Assembly: GCA_026770705.1 (NCBI GenBank)
Contig: JANJGN010000023.1
Coordinates: 9,982,001-10,046,000 of the forward strand
DNA: 64,000 nucleotides
Direction of reading: 5' to 3'
From: Isurus oxyrinchus
Lineage: Eukaryota
Shown: positions 23,547 to 36,831 of the stretch, piece after piece
Numbering within the stretch: position 1 is the stretch's first letter
How the letters are laid out: each line of letters opens with the position of its first letter
The notes under the pieces: generated by a model
Database searches by the model: none
What the model was told of the DNA's origin: nothing
The model's input: only the letters and a program-made list of their open reading frames with translations
Made by a program: the position numbers and the translations under genes

Positions 23547-26165
23547 TGTTCACATGAGTCAGGAAGCTTCAGGGAAACTCCCTCACACTGTCTGCTTCTA
23601 AATGTCATCAGAGATTACTGATGAACTAGCAACCTTGTACAGAACTGCTTGCTTCACATCCTGCCTCTTTCACTGCTTCGTGCCAAACTGCATTTCAGAA
23701 TGAAGCCATATCCTCTTGTATTCCGGCGGGCTCTTTATTCTGTTTTGATTTCTTGGTCTGACTAAATAAGTTCAAAACTTTAGACAGCGCCATGGAGACC
23801 AAACGCACCCAAGCAAAATACACCGGATGCTGGAAATCTGAATAAAAGCCGTAAAAGGAGGAAATTCGCAGCATCTATGAAGACAAAAACATGGATTCAT
23901 TCAAGTCAACGAACTTTCATTCTGTTTATCGGCGGAGTATCCGCCCCGAGCCGCCGAACAATGCTGCAATGTTCCGTGAGGATATGAGTCAGTGACATTC
24001 AGCAGTTCCTCACACACCAACATATTTAATCTGACGAGCGACTTCATCCTCCACTGAGCAGGCGCCCCTCCTTGTGTTTGTGGTGAGAGCTGGAACTGCA
24101 GCTGTAGAGCAGAGCGGGATCAGCAATGCTGCCGGATCTGAGCGGAAACCTGCCCTGGTTTGTAAACCTCTTGTGGACCATTGTGAGAAAGAAGGGAGAT
24201 GGAAAGGCGGTTTCCTCTAATCCAGCTCTTGTGATCGATGGAGGCAGAAATAGCAGCGTTAACATTAACATTCAGCAAGTTATCATTAAAATCCCTACAA
24301 TGAAATATGTTTGGATAATCCAAATTATAACCATAAAGTCATCAAAATCTGCTGATCAACCGGCAAACTCGTACAGAATCGCCTGCTTCACAGCCTGACT
24401 CTTTCACTGACTCGTGCCAAGCTGCATTTCAGAATGAAGCCACATCCTCTTGTATCCCGGCTGGCTGATTATTCTGTTGTATTTTATGGGTCAGTTTCCT
24501 GGGTGTCAGTTCTCTGTACTTCTGGGTGGTGATTTCCAGCCCTGCAACATGACTCAACTTAGCTACTGCAGCGGATCCAGCTCCCAGCACGAACACAACC
24601 ACAGAAGCAGCTCAGGAGAAGTGGGAGACTCTCCTTTAATCCATTTGATATATTGCTGTGTGCGGAGCGGCTGAGTGTCGCTGACTCATATCCTCACTGA
24701 ACATTGCAACATTACTCGGCAGCTCGGCGCTGCTGAATTTACAGCCCCGGCCACGAACCGAGCCGAGAGAGAGTGAAATATGTTTTGTGTGTTTCAGGCA
24801 ATGACTCCTGGCCAGTCAGCAGCAGAGAGGCGGAGGTCGGTTCAGTGGGAAAAACGCTGCTTGGAGTTCTTACCGAAACTTTGGTTGAGGCAAATTCCTC
24901 GTTTTATTTAACCTCAGTACTGAACTCCTCCTCAGAGCTGTTTATGTTCATGCGGCGCGATTTTCATTTTGAAATCGGCTGGTTCAATCGCATCAAATCT
25001 TCATCTCGTCACCTGTTAAGCGGTGGCAGCGGCTGGAGAAAAAAAAAGACACAAATTTCACTCATTGCCTGTTCCTCTGAGACCCCCGTCTTCACCGAAA
25101 CTGAGAAATGTATTTTTTAGACGTCCGCCGGGAAAATGTGTTGTCCAATTCAAAAAGGACACCATAATTTCTAAATTTTAGACATTGCCATGGAGACCAG
25201 ACGCGCCCAAGAAAAATACACCGGATGCTGGAAATCTGAAATAAAACAGAAAATACGTGGCACCTATGAAAACTAAAAATTAGAATCTATCAGGTCAATG
25301 ATCTTTTATTCTGTTTATCGGCGGAATATCTGCCCCGAGCCGCCGAACAATGCTGCAATGTTCAGTGTGGATATGAGTCAGTGACATTCAGCAGTTCCTC
25401 ACACACCAACATATTTAATCAGAGAGTCTTCATCCTCTAATGAACTGGCGCCCCTCCTTGAGTTTGTGGTGAGAGATGGAACTGCAGCTGTAGAGCAGAG
25501 CGGGATCAGCAATGCTGCCGGATTTAAGCGGATACCTGTCCTGGTTTGTAAACCTCTTGTGGACCATTGTGAGAAAGAAGGGAGATGGAAAGGCGGTTTC
25601 CTCCAGTCCAGCTCATGTGATCGGTGGAGGCAGAAATAGCAGCGTTAACATTAACATTCAGAATGTTATCATTAATATCGATACAATTAAATAATGTGGT
25701 CAATATCCCAAATTATAACCAGATTCCAGGGTGATTGTGCAGTCGGCGGATATGATCAATCGTTTTATTTCAATTCACCGTTTTACAAATGCCGAGAAGT
25801 TCAAAAGTGCAAAACGAAACATTACGGGAAGCTTCAATGTTAAAATCTTTTAATTTGATCACATTGTTCAGCATGGAATATACTGTAATCTTTTTGTGCT
25901 TTGAAGAAAAATAAACGATTGTGAACCACCCCAAATGCACATTAGAGTTTCTCTTTTGCTTTCTTCACCTTTAATATGTTGCTGTATGAGGAGCTGCCGT
26001 GAGACACGGGCTAATATCCACAGTGAACATTGCAGCATTGCTGGGCGCTGCTGAACTTACACCCGTGACCATGAACCGAGCGCCGACAGAGAGTTCTGTG
26101 TATTTCAGGCAATGACTCCTGGCTGCCGGATGTAAGTAGCGCCGAGCAGCCGAGCGATGCTGTCA

Positions 26166-26326
26166 TGGAACTCTATTCCTAACAGCACAGGGTTTGTACC
26201 TACTCCCCATGGGATGGAATAGGTTGAAGAAGGCAGCTCACCACCACCCCCTCAAAGGCAACTAGGGATGGGCAATAAATGCCGGTCCAGCTCGCGTAGC
26301 CCAAATCCCATAAACGAATAAAAAAA
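26166..26326 (+). mobile_element. CR1-like LINE 3' fragment (B' copy)
   Basis: Same variant as 19204-19364. Confidence 0.8.
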
Positions 26327-27557
26327 TGTTCAGATGAGTCAGTAAGCTTCAGGGAGACACCCTCACACTGTCTGCTTCTAAATGTCATCAGAATTTACTG
26401 AAGAACTAGCAAACTCGTACAGAACTGCCTGCTTCACATCCTGCCTCTTTCACTGCTTCGTGCCAAACTGCATTTCAGAATGAAGCCACATCCTCTTATA
26501 TTCCGGAGGGATGTTTATTCTGTTGTATTTTCTTGGGTTTGACTAAATAATTTCTAAACTTTAGACAGCGCCATGGATACCAAACGCGCCCAAGCAAAAT
26601 ACACCGGATGCTGGAAATCAGAAATAAAAACCGTAAAAGCAGGAAATTCGCGGCATCTATGAAGACAAAAATGGAATCAGTCAAGTCAATGATCTTTCAT
26701 TCTGTTTATCGGCAGTATAATAGCCCCGAGCCGCCGAACAATGCTGTAATGTTCAGTGTGGATCTGAGTCAGTGACATTCAGCAGTTCCTCACACACCAA
26801 CATATTTAATCTGAGAAGCGACGTCATTCTCCACTGAGCTGGCGACGCTGCTTGTGTTTGTGGTGAGAGCTGGAACTGCAGCTGTAGAGCAGAGCGGGAT
26901 CAGCTATGTTGCCGGATCTGAGCGGATACCTGTCCTGGTTTGTAAACCTCTTGTGGACCATTGTGAGAAAGAAGGGAGATGGAAAGGCGGTTTCCTCTAA
27001 TCCAGCTCTTGTGATCGATGGAGGCAGAAATAGCAGCGTTAACATTAACATTCAGAATGTTTTCATTAATATCCCTACAATTAAATAATGTGGTTAATAA
27101 CTCAAATTATAACCAGACCCCAGAGTTACTCATTGTTTGTGCAGTCGGCGGATATGGGCAACCACTTTATTTCAATTCACCGTTGGACAAATGCCATGAA
27201 GTTCGAAACATTGCGGGAAGCTTCAATGTTAAAATGTTATAATTCGATCACATTGTTCAACATGGAATATAAAGTAGCCTTGTTGTGCTTTTAAGAAAAA
27301 TAAACGATAGTGAACCACCCCAAATGCACATCAGAGTTTGTCCTTACCTTTCCTCATCTTTAATATGTTGCTGTATGAGGAGCAGCTGTGGGACACGGGC
27401 TAAAAATGTCCACAGTGAACATTGCAGCATTGCTGGGCGCTGCTGAACTTACACACGTGACCATGAACCAAGCGCCGACAGAGAGTTCTGTTTGTTTCAG
27501 GCAATGACTCCTGGCTGCCGGATGTAAGTAGCGCCGAGCAGCCGAGCGATGCTGTCA

Positions 27558-27716
27558 TGGAACTCTATTCCTAACAGCACAGGGGCTCTACCTCACCACG
27601 CGGATTGCAGTGGTTCAAGAATGCTGCTCACCAGCACCTTCTGAAAGGCAACTAGGGATGGGCAATAAATGCCGGCCCAACCCGCGTAGCCCAAATCCGA
27701 TAGACGAATACAAAAA
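27558..27716 (+). mobile_element. CR1-like LINE 3' fragment (B copy)
   Basis: +4170 copy of 23388-23546. Confidence 0.8.
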
Positions 27717-30332
27717 TGCTCACATGAGTCAGGAAGCTTCAGGGAAACTCCCTCACACTGTCTGCTTCTAAATGTCATCAGAGATTACTGATGAACCCGC
27801 AACCTTGTACAGAACTGCTTGCTTCACATCCTGCCTCTTTCACTGCTTCGTGCCAAACTGCATTTCAGAATGAAGCCACATCCTCTTGTATTCCGGAGGG
27901 ATGTTTATTCTGTTGTGTTTTCTTGGTCTGACTAAATAAGTTCAAAACTTTAGACAGCGCCATGGAGACCAAACGCACCCAAGCAAAATACACCGGATGC
28001 TGGAAATCTGAAAAAAAGCCGTAAAAGAAGGAAATTCGCAGCATCTATGAAGACAAAAACATGGATTCATTCAAGTCAACGAACTTTCATTCTGATAATC
28101 GGCGGAGTATCCGCCCCGAGCCGCCGAACAATGCTGCAATGTTCAGTGAGGATATGAGTCACTGACATTCAGCAGTTCCTCACACACCAACATATTTAAT
28201 CTGACGAGCGACTTCATCCTCCACTGAGCTAGCGCCCCTCCTTGTGTTTGTGGTGAGAGCTGGAACTGCAGCTGTAGAGCAGAGCGGGATCAGCAATGCT
28301 GCCGGATCTGAGCGGAAACCTGCCCTGGTTTGTAAACCTCTTGTGGACCATTGTGAGAAAGAAGGGAGATGGAAAGGCGGTTTCCTCTAATCCAGCTCTT
28401 GTGATCGATGGAGACAGAAATAGCAGCGTTAACATTAACATTCAGCAAGTTATCATTAAAATCCCTACAATTAAATATGTTTTGATAATCCAAATTATAA
28501 CCGTAAAGTCATCAAAATCTGCTGATCAACCGGCAAACTCGTACAGAAGCGCCTGCTTCACAGCCTGACTCTTTCACTCACTCGTGCCAAGCTGCATTTC
28601 AGAATGAAGCCACATCCTCTTGTATCCCGGCTGGCTGATTATTCTGTTGTATTTTATGGGTCAGATTCCTGGGTGTCAGTTCTCTGTACTTCTGGGTGGT
28701 GATTTCCAGCCCTGCAACATGACTCAACTTAGCTACAGCAGCGGTTCCAGGTCCCAGCACGAATACAACCACAGCAGCAGCACAGGAGAAGGGGGAGACT
28801 CTCCTTTAATCCATTTGATATGTTTCTGTGTGAGGAGCGGCTGAGTGTCGCTGACTCATATCCTCACTGAACATTTGCAGCATTACTCGGCAGCTCGGCG
28901 CAGCTGAATTTACAGCCCCGGCCACGAACCGAGTCCAGAGAGAGTGAAATATGTTTTGTGTGTTTCAGGCAATGACTCCTGGCCAGTCAGCAGCAGAGAG
29001 GCGGAGGTTGGTTCAGTGGGAAAAACGCTGCTTGAAACTTTGGTTGAGGAAAATTCCTCGTTTTATTTAACCTCAGTACTGAACTCCTCCTCAGAGCTGT
29101 TTCTGTTCATGCGGCGCGATTTTCATTTTGAAATCGGTTCGTTCAATTGCATCAAATCTTCATCTCGTCACCTGTTAAGCGGTGGCAGCGGCTGGAGAAA
29201 AAAAAAGACACAAATTTCACTCATTGCCTGTTCCTCTGAGACCCCCGTCTTCACCAAAACTGAGAAATGTATTTTTTAGACGTCCGTCGGGAAAATGTGT
29301 TGTCCAAATCAAAAAGGACACCATAATTTCTAAATTTTAGACTTTGCCGTGGAGACCAGACGCGCTCAAGAAAGATACACCGGATACTGGAAATCAGCAA
29401 TAAAAACAGAAAATACTCAGCATCTATGAAATCTTAAAATTGCAATCTATCAGGTCAATGATCTTTTATTCTGTTTATCGGCGGAATATCTGCCCCGAGC
29501 CGCCGAACAATGCTGCAATGTTCAGTGTGGATATGAGTCAGTGACATTCAGCATTTCCTCACACACCAACATATTTAATCTGAGGAGAGAATTCATCCTC
29601 TACTGAGCTGGTGACGCTGCTTGTGCTTGTGGTGAGAGCTGGAACTGCAGCTGTAGAGCAGAGCGGGATCAGGAATGCTGCCGGATCTAAGCGGATACCT
29701 GTCCTGGTTTGTAAACCTCTTGTGGACCATTGTGAGAAAGAAGGGAGATGGAAAGGCGGTTTCCTCCAGTCCAGCTCTTGTGATCGGTGGAGGCAGAAAT
29801 AGCAGCGTTAACATTAACATTCAGAATGTTATCATTGATATCGATACAATTAAATAATGTGGTCAATATCCCAAATTATAACCAGATTCCAGGGTGATTG
29901 TTTGTGCAGTCGGCGGATATGATCAATCGTTTTATTTCAATTCACCGTTTTACAAATGCCGAGAAGTTCTAAAGTGCAAAACGAAACATTGCGGGAAGCT
30001 TCAATGTTAAAATGTTTTAATTTGATCACATTGTTCAACATGGAATATAATGTAATCTTTTTGTGCTTTGAAGAAAAATAAACGATTGTGAACCACCCCA
30101 AATGCACATTAGAGTTTCTCTTTTGCTTTCTTCACCTTTAATATGTTGCTGTATGAGGAGCTGCCGTGGGACACGGGCTAATATCCACAGTGAACATTGC
30201 AGCATTGCTGGGAGCTGCTGAACTTACACCCGTGACCATGAACCGAGCGCCGACAGAGAGTTCTGCGTGTTTCAGGCAATGACTCCTGGCTGCCGGATGT
30301 AAGTAGCGCCGAGCAGCCGAGCGATGCTGTCA

Positions 30333-30491
30333 TGGAACTCTATTCCTAACAGCACAGGGGCTCTACCTCACCACGCGGATTGCAGTGGTTCAAGAATGCT
30401 GCTCACCAGCACCTTCTGAAAGGCAACTAGGGATGGGCAATAAATGCCGGCCTAAACCGCGTAGCCCAAATCCGATAGACGAATAAAAAAA
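30333..30491 (+). mobile_element. CR1-like LINE 3' fragment (B copy)
   Basis: Same motif set as 3983-4141. Confidence 0.8.
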
Positions 30492-33400
30492 TGTTCACAT
30501 GAGTCAGGAAGCTTCAGGGAAACTCCCTCACACTGTCTGCTTCTAAATGTCATCAGAGATTACTGATGAACCCGCAACCTTGTACAGAACTGCTTGCTTC
30601 ACATCCTGCCTCTTTCACTGCTTCGTGCCAAACTGCATTTCAGAATGAAGCCACATCCTCTTGTATTCCGGAGGGATGTTTATTCTGTAGTGATTTCTTG
30701 GTCTGACTAAATAAGTTCAAAACTTTAGACAGCGCCATGAAGACCAAACGCACCCAAGCAAAATACACCGGATGCTGGAAATCTGAATAAAAGCCGTAAA
30801 AGAAGGAAATTCGCAGCATCTATGAAGACAAAAACATGGATTCATTCAAGTCAACGAACTTTCATTCTGTTTATCGGCGGAGTATCCGCCCCGAGCCGCC
30901 GAACAATGCTGCAATGTTCCGTGAGGATATGAGTCAGTGACATTCAGCAGTTCCTCACACACCAACATATTTAATCTGACGAGCGACTTCATCCTCCACT
31001 GAGCTGGCGCCCCTCCTTGTGTTTGTGGTGAGAGCTGGAACTGCAGCTGTAGAGCAGAGCGGGATCAGCAATGCTGCCGGATCTGAGCGGAAACCTGTCC
31101 TGGTTTGTAAACCTCTTGTTGACCATTGTGAGAAAGAAGGGAGATGGAAAGGCGGTTTCCTCTAATCCAGCTCTTGTGATCGATGGAGGCAGAAATAGCA
31201 GCGTTAACATTAACATTCAGCAAGTTATCATTAAAATCCCAACAATGAAATATGTTTCGATAACCCAAATTATAACCATAAAGTCATCAAAATCTGCTGA
31301 TTAACCGGCAAACTCGTACAGAAGCGCCTGCTTCACAGCCTGACTCTTTCACTGACTCGTGCCAAGCTGCATTTCAGAATGAAGCCACATCCTCTTGTAT
31401 CCCGGCTGGCTGATTATTCTGTTGTATTTTATGGGTCTGTTTCCTGGGTGTCAGTTCTCTGTACATCTGGGTGGTGATTTCCAGCCCTGCAACATGACTC
31501 AACTTCGCTACAGCAGCGGTTCCAGGTCCCAGCACGAACACAACCACAGCAGCATCACAGGAGAAGGGGGAGACTCTCCTTAAATCCATTTGATATGTTG
31601 CTGTGTGAGGAGCTGCTGAGTGTCGCTGACTCATATCCTCACTGAACATTGCAGCATTACTCGGCAGCTCGGCGCTGCTGAATTTACAGCCCCGGCCACG
31701 AACCGAGCCCAGAGAGAGTGAAATATGTTTTGTGTGTTTCAGGCAATGACTCCTGGCCAGTCAGCAGCAGAGAGGCGGAGGTCGGTTCAGTGGGAAAAAC
31801 GCTGCTTGGAGTTCATTCCGAAACTTTAGTAGAGGCAAATTCCTCGTTTTATTTAACCTCAGTACTGAACTCCTCCTCAGAGCTGTTTATGTTCATGCGG
31901 GGCGTTTTTCATTTTGAAATCGGCTGGTTCAATCGCATCAAATCTTCATCTCGTCACCTTTTAAGCGGTGGCAGCGGCTGGAGAAAAAAAAAGACACAAG
32001 TTTCACTCATTACCTGTTCCTCTGAGACCCCGTCTTCACCGAAACTGAGAAATGTATTTTTTAGACGTCTGTCGGGAAAATGTTTTGTTCAAATCAAAAA
32101 GGACACCATAATTTCTAAATTTTAGACATTGCCATGGAGACGAGAGGCGCCCAAGAAAAATACACCGGATACTGGAAATGTGAAATAAAAACAGAAAATA
32201 GTCAGCATCTATGAAAACTAAAAAATAGAATCTATCAAGTCAATGATCGTTTATTGTGTTTCTCGGCGCAATATCTGCCTCGAAAGGCCTAACAATGCTG
32301 CAATGTTCAGTGTGGATATGAGTCAGTGACATTCAGCAGTTCCTCACACACCAACATATTTCATCTGAGGAGAGACTTCATCCTCCACTGAGCTGGCGCC
32401 CCTGCTTGTGCTTGTGGTGAGAGCTGGAACTGCAGCTGTAGAGCAGACCGGGATCAGGAATGCTGCCGGATCTAAGCGGATACCTGTCCGGGTTTGTCAA
32501 CCTCTTGTGGACCTTTGTGAGAAAGAAGGGAGATGGAAAGGCGGACTCCTCCAGTCCAGCTCTTGTGATCGGTGGAGGCAGAAATAGCAGCGTTCACATT
32601 CAGAATGCTTTGATTAAAATTCCTACAATTAAATATGTTTTGATATTCCCAATTATAACCATAAATGTCATCAAAATCTGCTGATCAACCCGCAAGCTCA
32701 TACAGAACTGCCTGCTTCACTTCCTGCCTCTTTCACTGACTCGTGCCAAGCTGCATTTCTGAATGACGCCACATCCTCTTGTATCCCGGCTAGCTGATTA
32801 TTCTGTTGTATTTTATGGGTCTGTTTCCTGGGTGTCAGTTCTCTGTACATCTGGGTGGTGATTTCCAGCCCTGCAACATGACTCAACTTCGCTACAGCAG
32901 CGGTTCCAGCTCCCAGCACGAACACAACCACAGCAGAAGCACAGGAGAAGTGGGAGACTCTCCTTTAATCCATTTGATATGTTTCTGTGTGAGGAACTGC
33001 TGAGTGTCGCTGACTCATATCCTCACTGAACATTTGCAGCATTACTCGGCAGCTCGGCGCTGCTGAATTTACAGCCCCGGCCACGAACCGAGCCCAGAGA
33101 GAGTGAAATATGTTTTGTGTGTTTCAGGCAATGACTCCTGGCCAGTCAGCAGCAGAGAGGCGGAGGCGGGTTCAGTGGGAAAAACGCTGCTTGGAGTTCA
33201 TACCGAAACTTTGGTTGAGGCAAATTCCTGGTTTTATTTAACCTCAGTACTGAACTCTTCCTCAGAGCTGTTTCTGTTCATGCGGGGCGATTTTCATTTT
33301 GAAATCGGCTGGTTCAATCGCATCAAATCTTCATCTCGTCATCTTTTAAGCGGTGGCAGCGGCTGGAGAAAAAAAAGACACAAATTTCACTCATTACCTG

Positions 33401-34501
33401 TTCCTCTGAGACCCCCGTCTTCACCGAAACTGAGAAATGTATTTTTTAGACGTCCGTCGGGAAAATGTGTTGTCCAAATCAAAAAGGACACCATAATTTC
33501 TAAATTTTAGACATTGCCATGGAGACCAGACGCGCCCAAGAAAAATACACCGGATGCTGGAAATCTGAAATAAAACAGAAAATACGCAGCATCTATCAAA
33601 ACTAAAAATTAGAATCTCTCAGGTCAATGATCTTTTATTCTGTTCATCGGCGGAATATCTGCCCCGAGCCGCCGAACAATGCTGCAATGTTCAGTGTGGA
33701 TATGAGTCAGTGACATTCAGCATTTCCTCACACACCAACATATTTAAACTGAGGAGAGACTTCATCCTCCACTGAGCTGGCGACGCTGCTTGTGTTTGTG
33801 GTGAAAGCTGGAACTGCAGCTGTAGAGCAGAGCGGGATCGGCAATGCTGCCGGATCTAAGCGGATACCTGTCCTGGTTTGTAAACCTCTTGTGGACCATT
33901 GTGAGAAAGAAGGGAGATGGAAAGGCGGTTTCCTCCAGTCCAGCTCATGTGATCGATGGAGGCAGAAATAGTAGCGTTAACATTAACATTCAGACTGTTA
34001 TCATTAATACCGATACAATTAAATAATGTGGTCAATATCCCAAATTATAACCAGATTCCAGGGTGATTGTTTGTGCAGTCGGCGGATATGATCAATCGTT
34101 TTATTTCAATTCACCGTTTTACAAATGTCGAGAAGTTCAAAAGTGCAAAACGAAACATTGCGGGAAGCTTCAATGTTAAAATGTTTTAATTTGATCACAT
34201 TGTTCAACATGGAATATAATGTAATCTTTTTGTGCTTTGAAGAAAAATAAACGATTGTGAACCACCCCAAATGCACATTAGAGTTTCTCTTTTGCTTTCT
34301 TCACCTTTAATATGTTGCTGTATGAGGAGCTGCCGTGAGACACAGGCTAATATACACAGTGAACATTGCAGCATTGCTGGGAACTGCTGAACTTACACCC
34401 GTGACCATGAACCGAGCGCCGACAGAGAGTTCTGTGTATTTCAGGCAATGACTCCTGGCTGCCGGATGTAAGTAAAGCCGAGCAGCCGAGCGATGCTGTC
34501 A

Positions 34502-34660
34502 TGGAACTCTATTCCTAACAGCACAGGGGCTCTACCTCACCTCGCGGATTGCAGTGGTTCAAGAATGCTGCTCACCAGCACCTTCTGAAAGGCAACTAGG
34601 GATGGGCAATAAATGCCGGCCCATCCCGCGTAGCCCAAATCCGATAGACGAATAAAAAAA
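34502..34660 (+). mobile_element. CR1-like LINE 3' fragment (B copy)
   Basis: Same motif set as 3983-4141. Confidence 0.8.
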
Positions 34661-36672
34661 TGTTCACATGAGTCAGGAAGCTTCCGGGAAACTCCCTCAC
34701 ACTGTCTGCTTCTAAATGTCATCAGAGATTACTGATGAACTAGCAACCTTGTACAGAACTGCTTGCTTCGCATCCTGTCTCTTTCACTGCCTCGTGCCAA
34801 ACTGCATTTCAGAAAGAAGCCACATCCTCTTGTATTCCGGAGGGATGTTTATTCTGTTGTGATTTCTTGGTCTGACTAAATAAGTTCAAAACTTTAGACA
34901 GCGCTATGGAGACAAAACGCACCCAAACAAAATACACCGGATGCTGGAAATCTGAATAAAAGCCGTAAAAGAAGGAAATTCGCAGCATCTATGAAGACAA
35001 AAACATGGATTCATTCAAGTCAACGAACTTTCATTCTGTTTATCGGCGGAGTATCCGCCCCGAGCCGCCGACCAATGCTGCAATGTTCCGTGAGGATATG
35101 AGTCACTGACATTCAGCAGTTCCTCACACACCAACATATTTAATCTGACGAGCGACTTCATCCTCCACTGAGCTAGCGCCCCTCCTTGTGTTTGTGGTGA
35201 GAGCTGGAACTGCAGCTGTAGAGCAGAGCGGGATCAGCAATGCTGCCGGATCTGAGCGGAAACCTGTCCTGGTTTGTAAACCTCTTGTGGACCATTGTGA
35301 GAAAGAAGGGAGATGGAAAGGCGGTTTCCCCTAATCCAGCTCTTGTGATCGATGGAGGCAGAAATAGCAGCGTTAACATTAACATTCAGCAAGTTATCAT
35401 TAAAATCCCTACAATGAAATATGTTTTGATAATCCAAATTATAACCATAAAGTCATCAAAATCTGCTGATCAACCGGCAAACTCGTACAGAAGCGCCTGC
35501 TTCACAGCCTGACTCTTTTACTGATTAGTGCCAAGCTGCATTTCAGAATGAAGCCACATCCTCTTGTATCCCGGCTGGCTGATTATTCTGTTGTATTTTA
35601 TGGGTCAGTTTCCTGGGTGTCAGTTCTCTGTACATCTGGGTGGTGATTTCCAGCCCTGCAACATGACTCAACTTCGCTACAGCAGCGGTTCCAGGTCCCA
35701 GCACGAACACAACCACAGCAGCAGCGCAGGAGAAGTGGGAGACTCTCCTTTAATCCATTTGATATGTTTCTGTGTGAGGAGCTGCTGAGTGTCGCTGACT
35801 CATATCCTCACTGAACATTTGCAGCATTACTCGGCGGCTCGGCGCTGCTGAATTTACAGGCGCGGACACGAACCGAGCCCAGAGAGAGTAAAATATGTTT
35901 TGTGTGTTTCAGGCAATGACTCCTGGCCAGTCAGCAGCAGAGAGGCGGAGGTCGGTTCAGTGGGAAAAACGCTGCTTGGAGTTCATACCGAAACTTTAGT
36001 AGAGGCAAATTCCTCGTTTTATTTAACCTCAGTACTGAACTCCTCCTCAGAGCTGTTTATGTTCATGCGGCGCGATTTTCATTTTGAAAACGACTGGTTC
36101 AATCGCATAAAATCTTCATCTCGTCACCTTTTAAGCGGCCAGCAGCGTTAACATTAACATTCAGACTGTTATCATTAATATCGATACAATTCAATAATGT
36201 GGTCAATATCCCAAATTATAACCAGATTCCAGGGTGATTGTTTGTGCAGTCGGCGGATATGATCAATCGTTTTATTTCAATTCACCGTTTTACAAATGCC
36301 GAGAAGTTCAAAAATGCAAAACGAAACATTGCGGGAAGCTTCAATGTTAAAATGTTTTAATTTGATCACATTGTTCAGCATGGAATATAATGTAATCTTT
36401 TTGTGCTTTGAAGAAAAATAAACGATTGTGAACCACCCCAAATGCACATTAGAGTTTTTCTTTTGCTTTCTTCACCTTTAATATGTTGCTGTATGAGGAG
36501 CTGCCGTGAGACACGGGCTAATATCCACAGTGAACATTGCAGCATTGCTGGGCGCTGCTGAACTTACACCCGTGACCATGAACCGAGCGCCGACAGAGAG
36601 TTCTGTGTGTTTCAGGCAATGACTCCTGGCTGCCGGATGTAAGTAGCGCCGAGCAGCCGAGCGATGCTGTCA

Positions 36673-36831
36673 TGGAACTCTATTCCTAACAGCACAGGGG
36701 CTCTACCTCACCACGCGGATTGCAGTGGTTCAAGAATGCTGCTCACCAGCACCTTCTGAAAGGCAACTAGGGATGGGCAATAAATGCCGGCCTAAACCGC
36801 GTAGCTCAAATCCGATAGACGAATAAAAAAA
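36673..36831 (+). mobile_element. CR1-like LINE 3' fragment (in A/B fusion monomer)
   Basis: Same motif set as 3983-4141. Confidence 0.8.
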
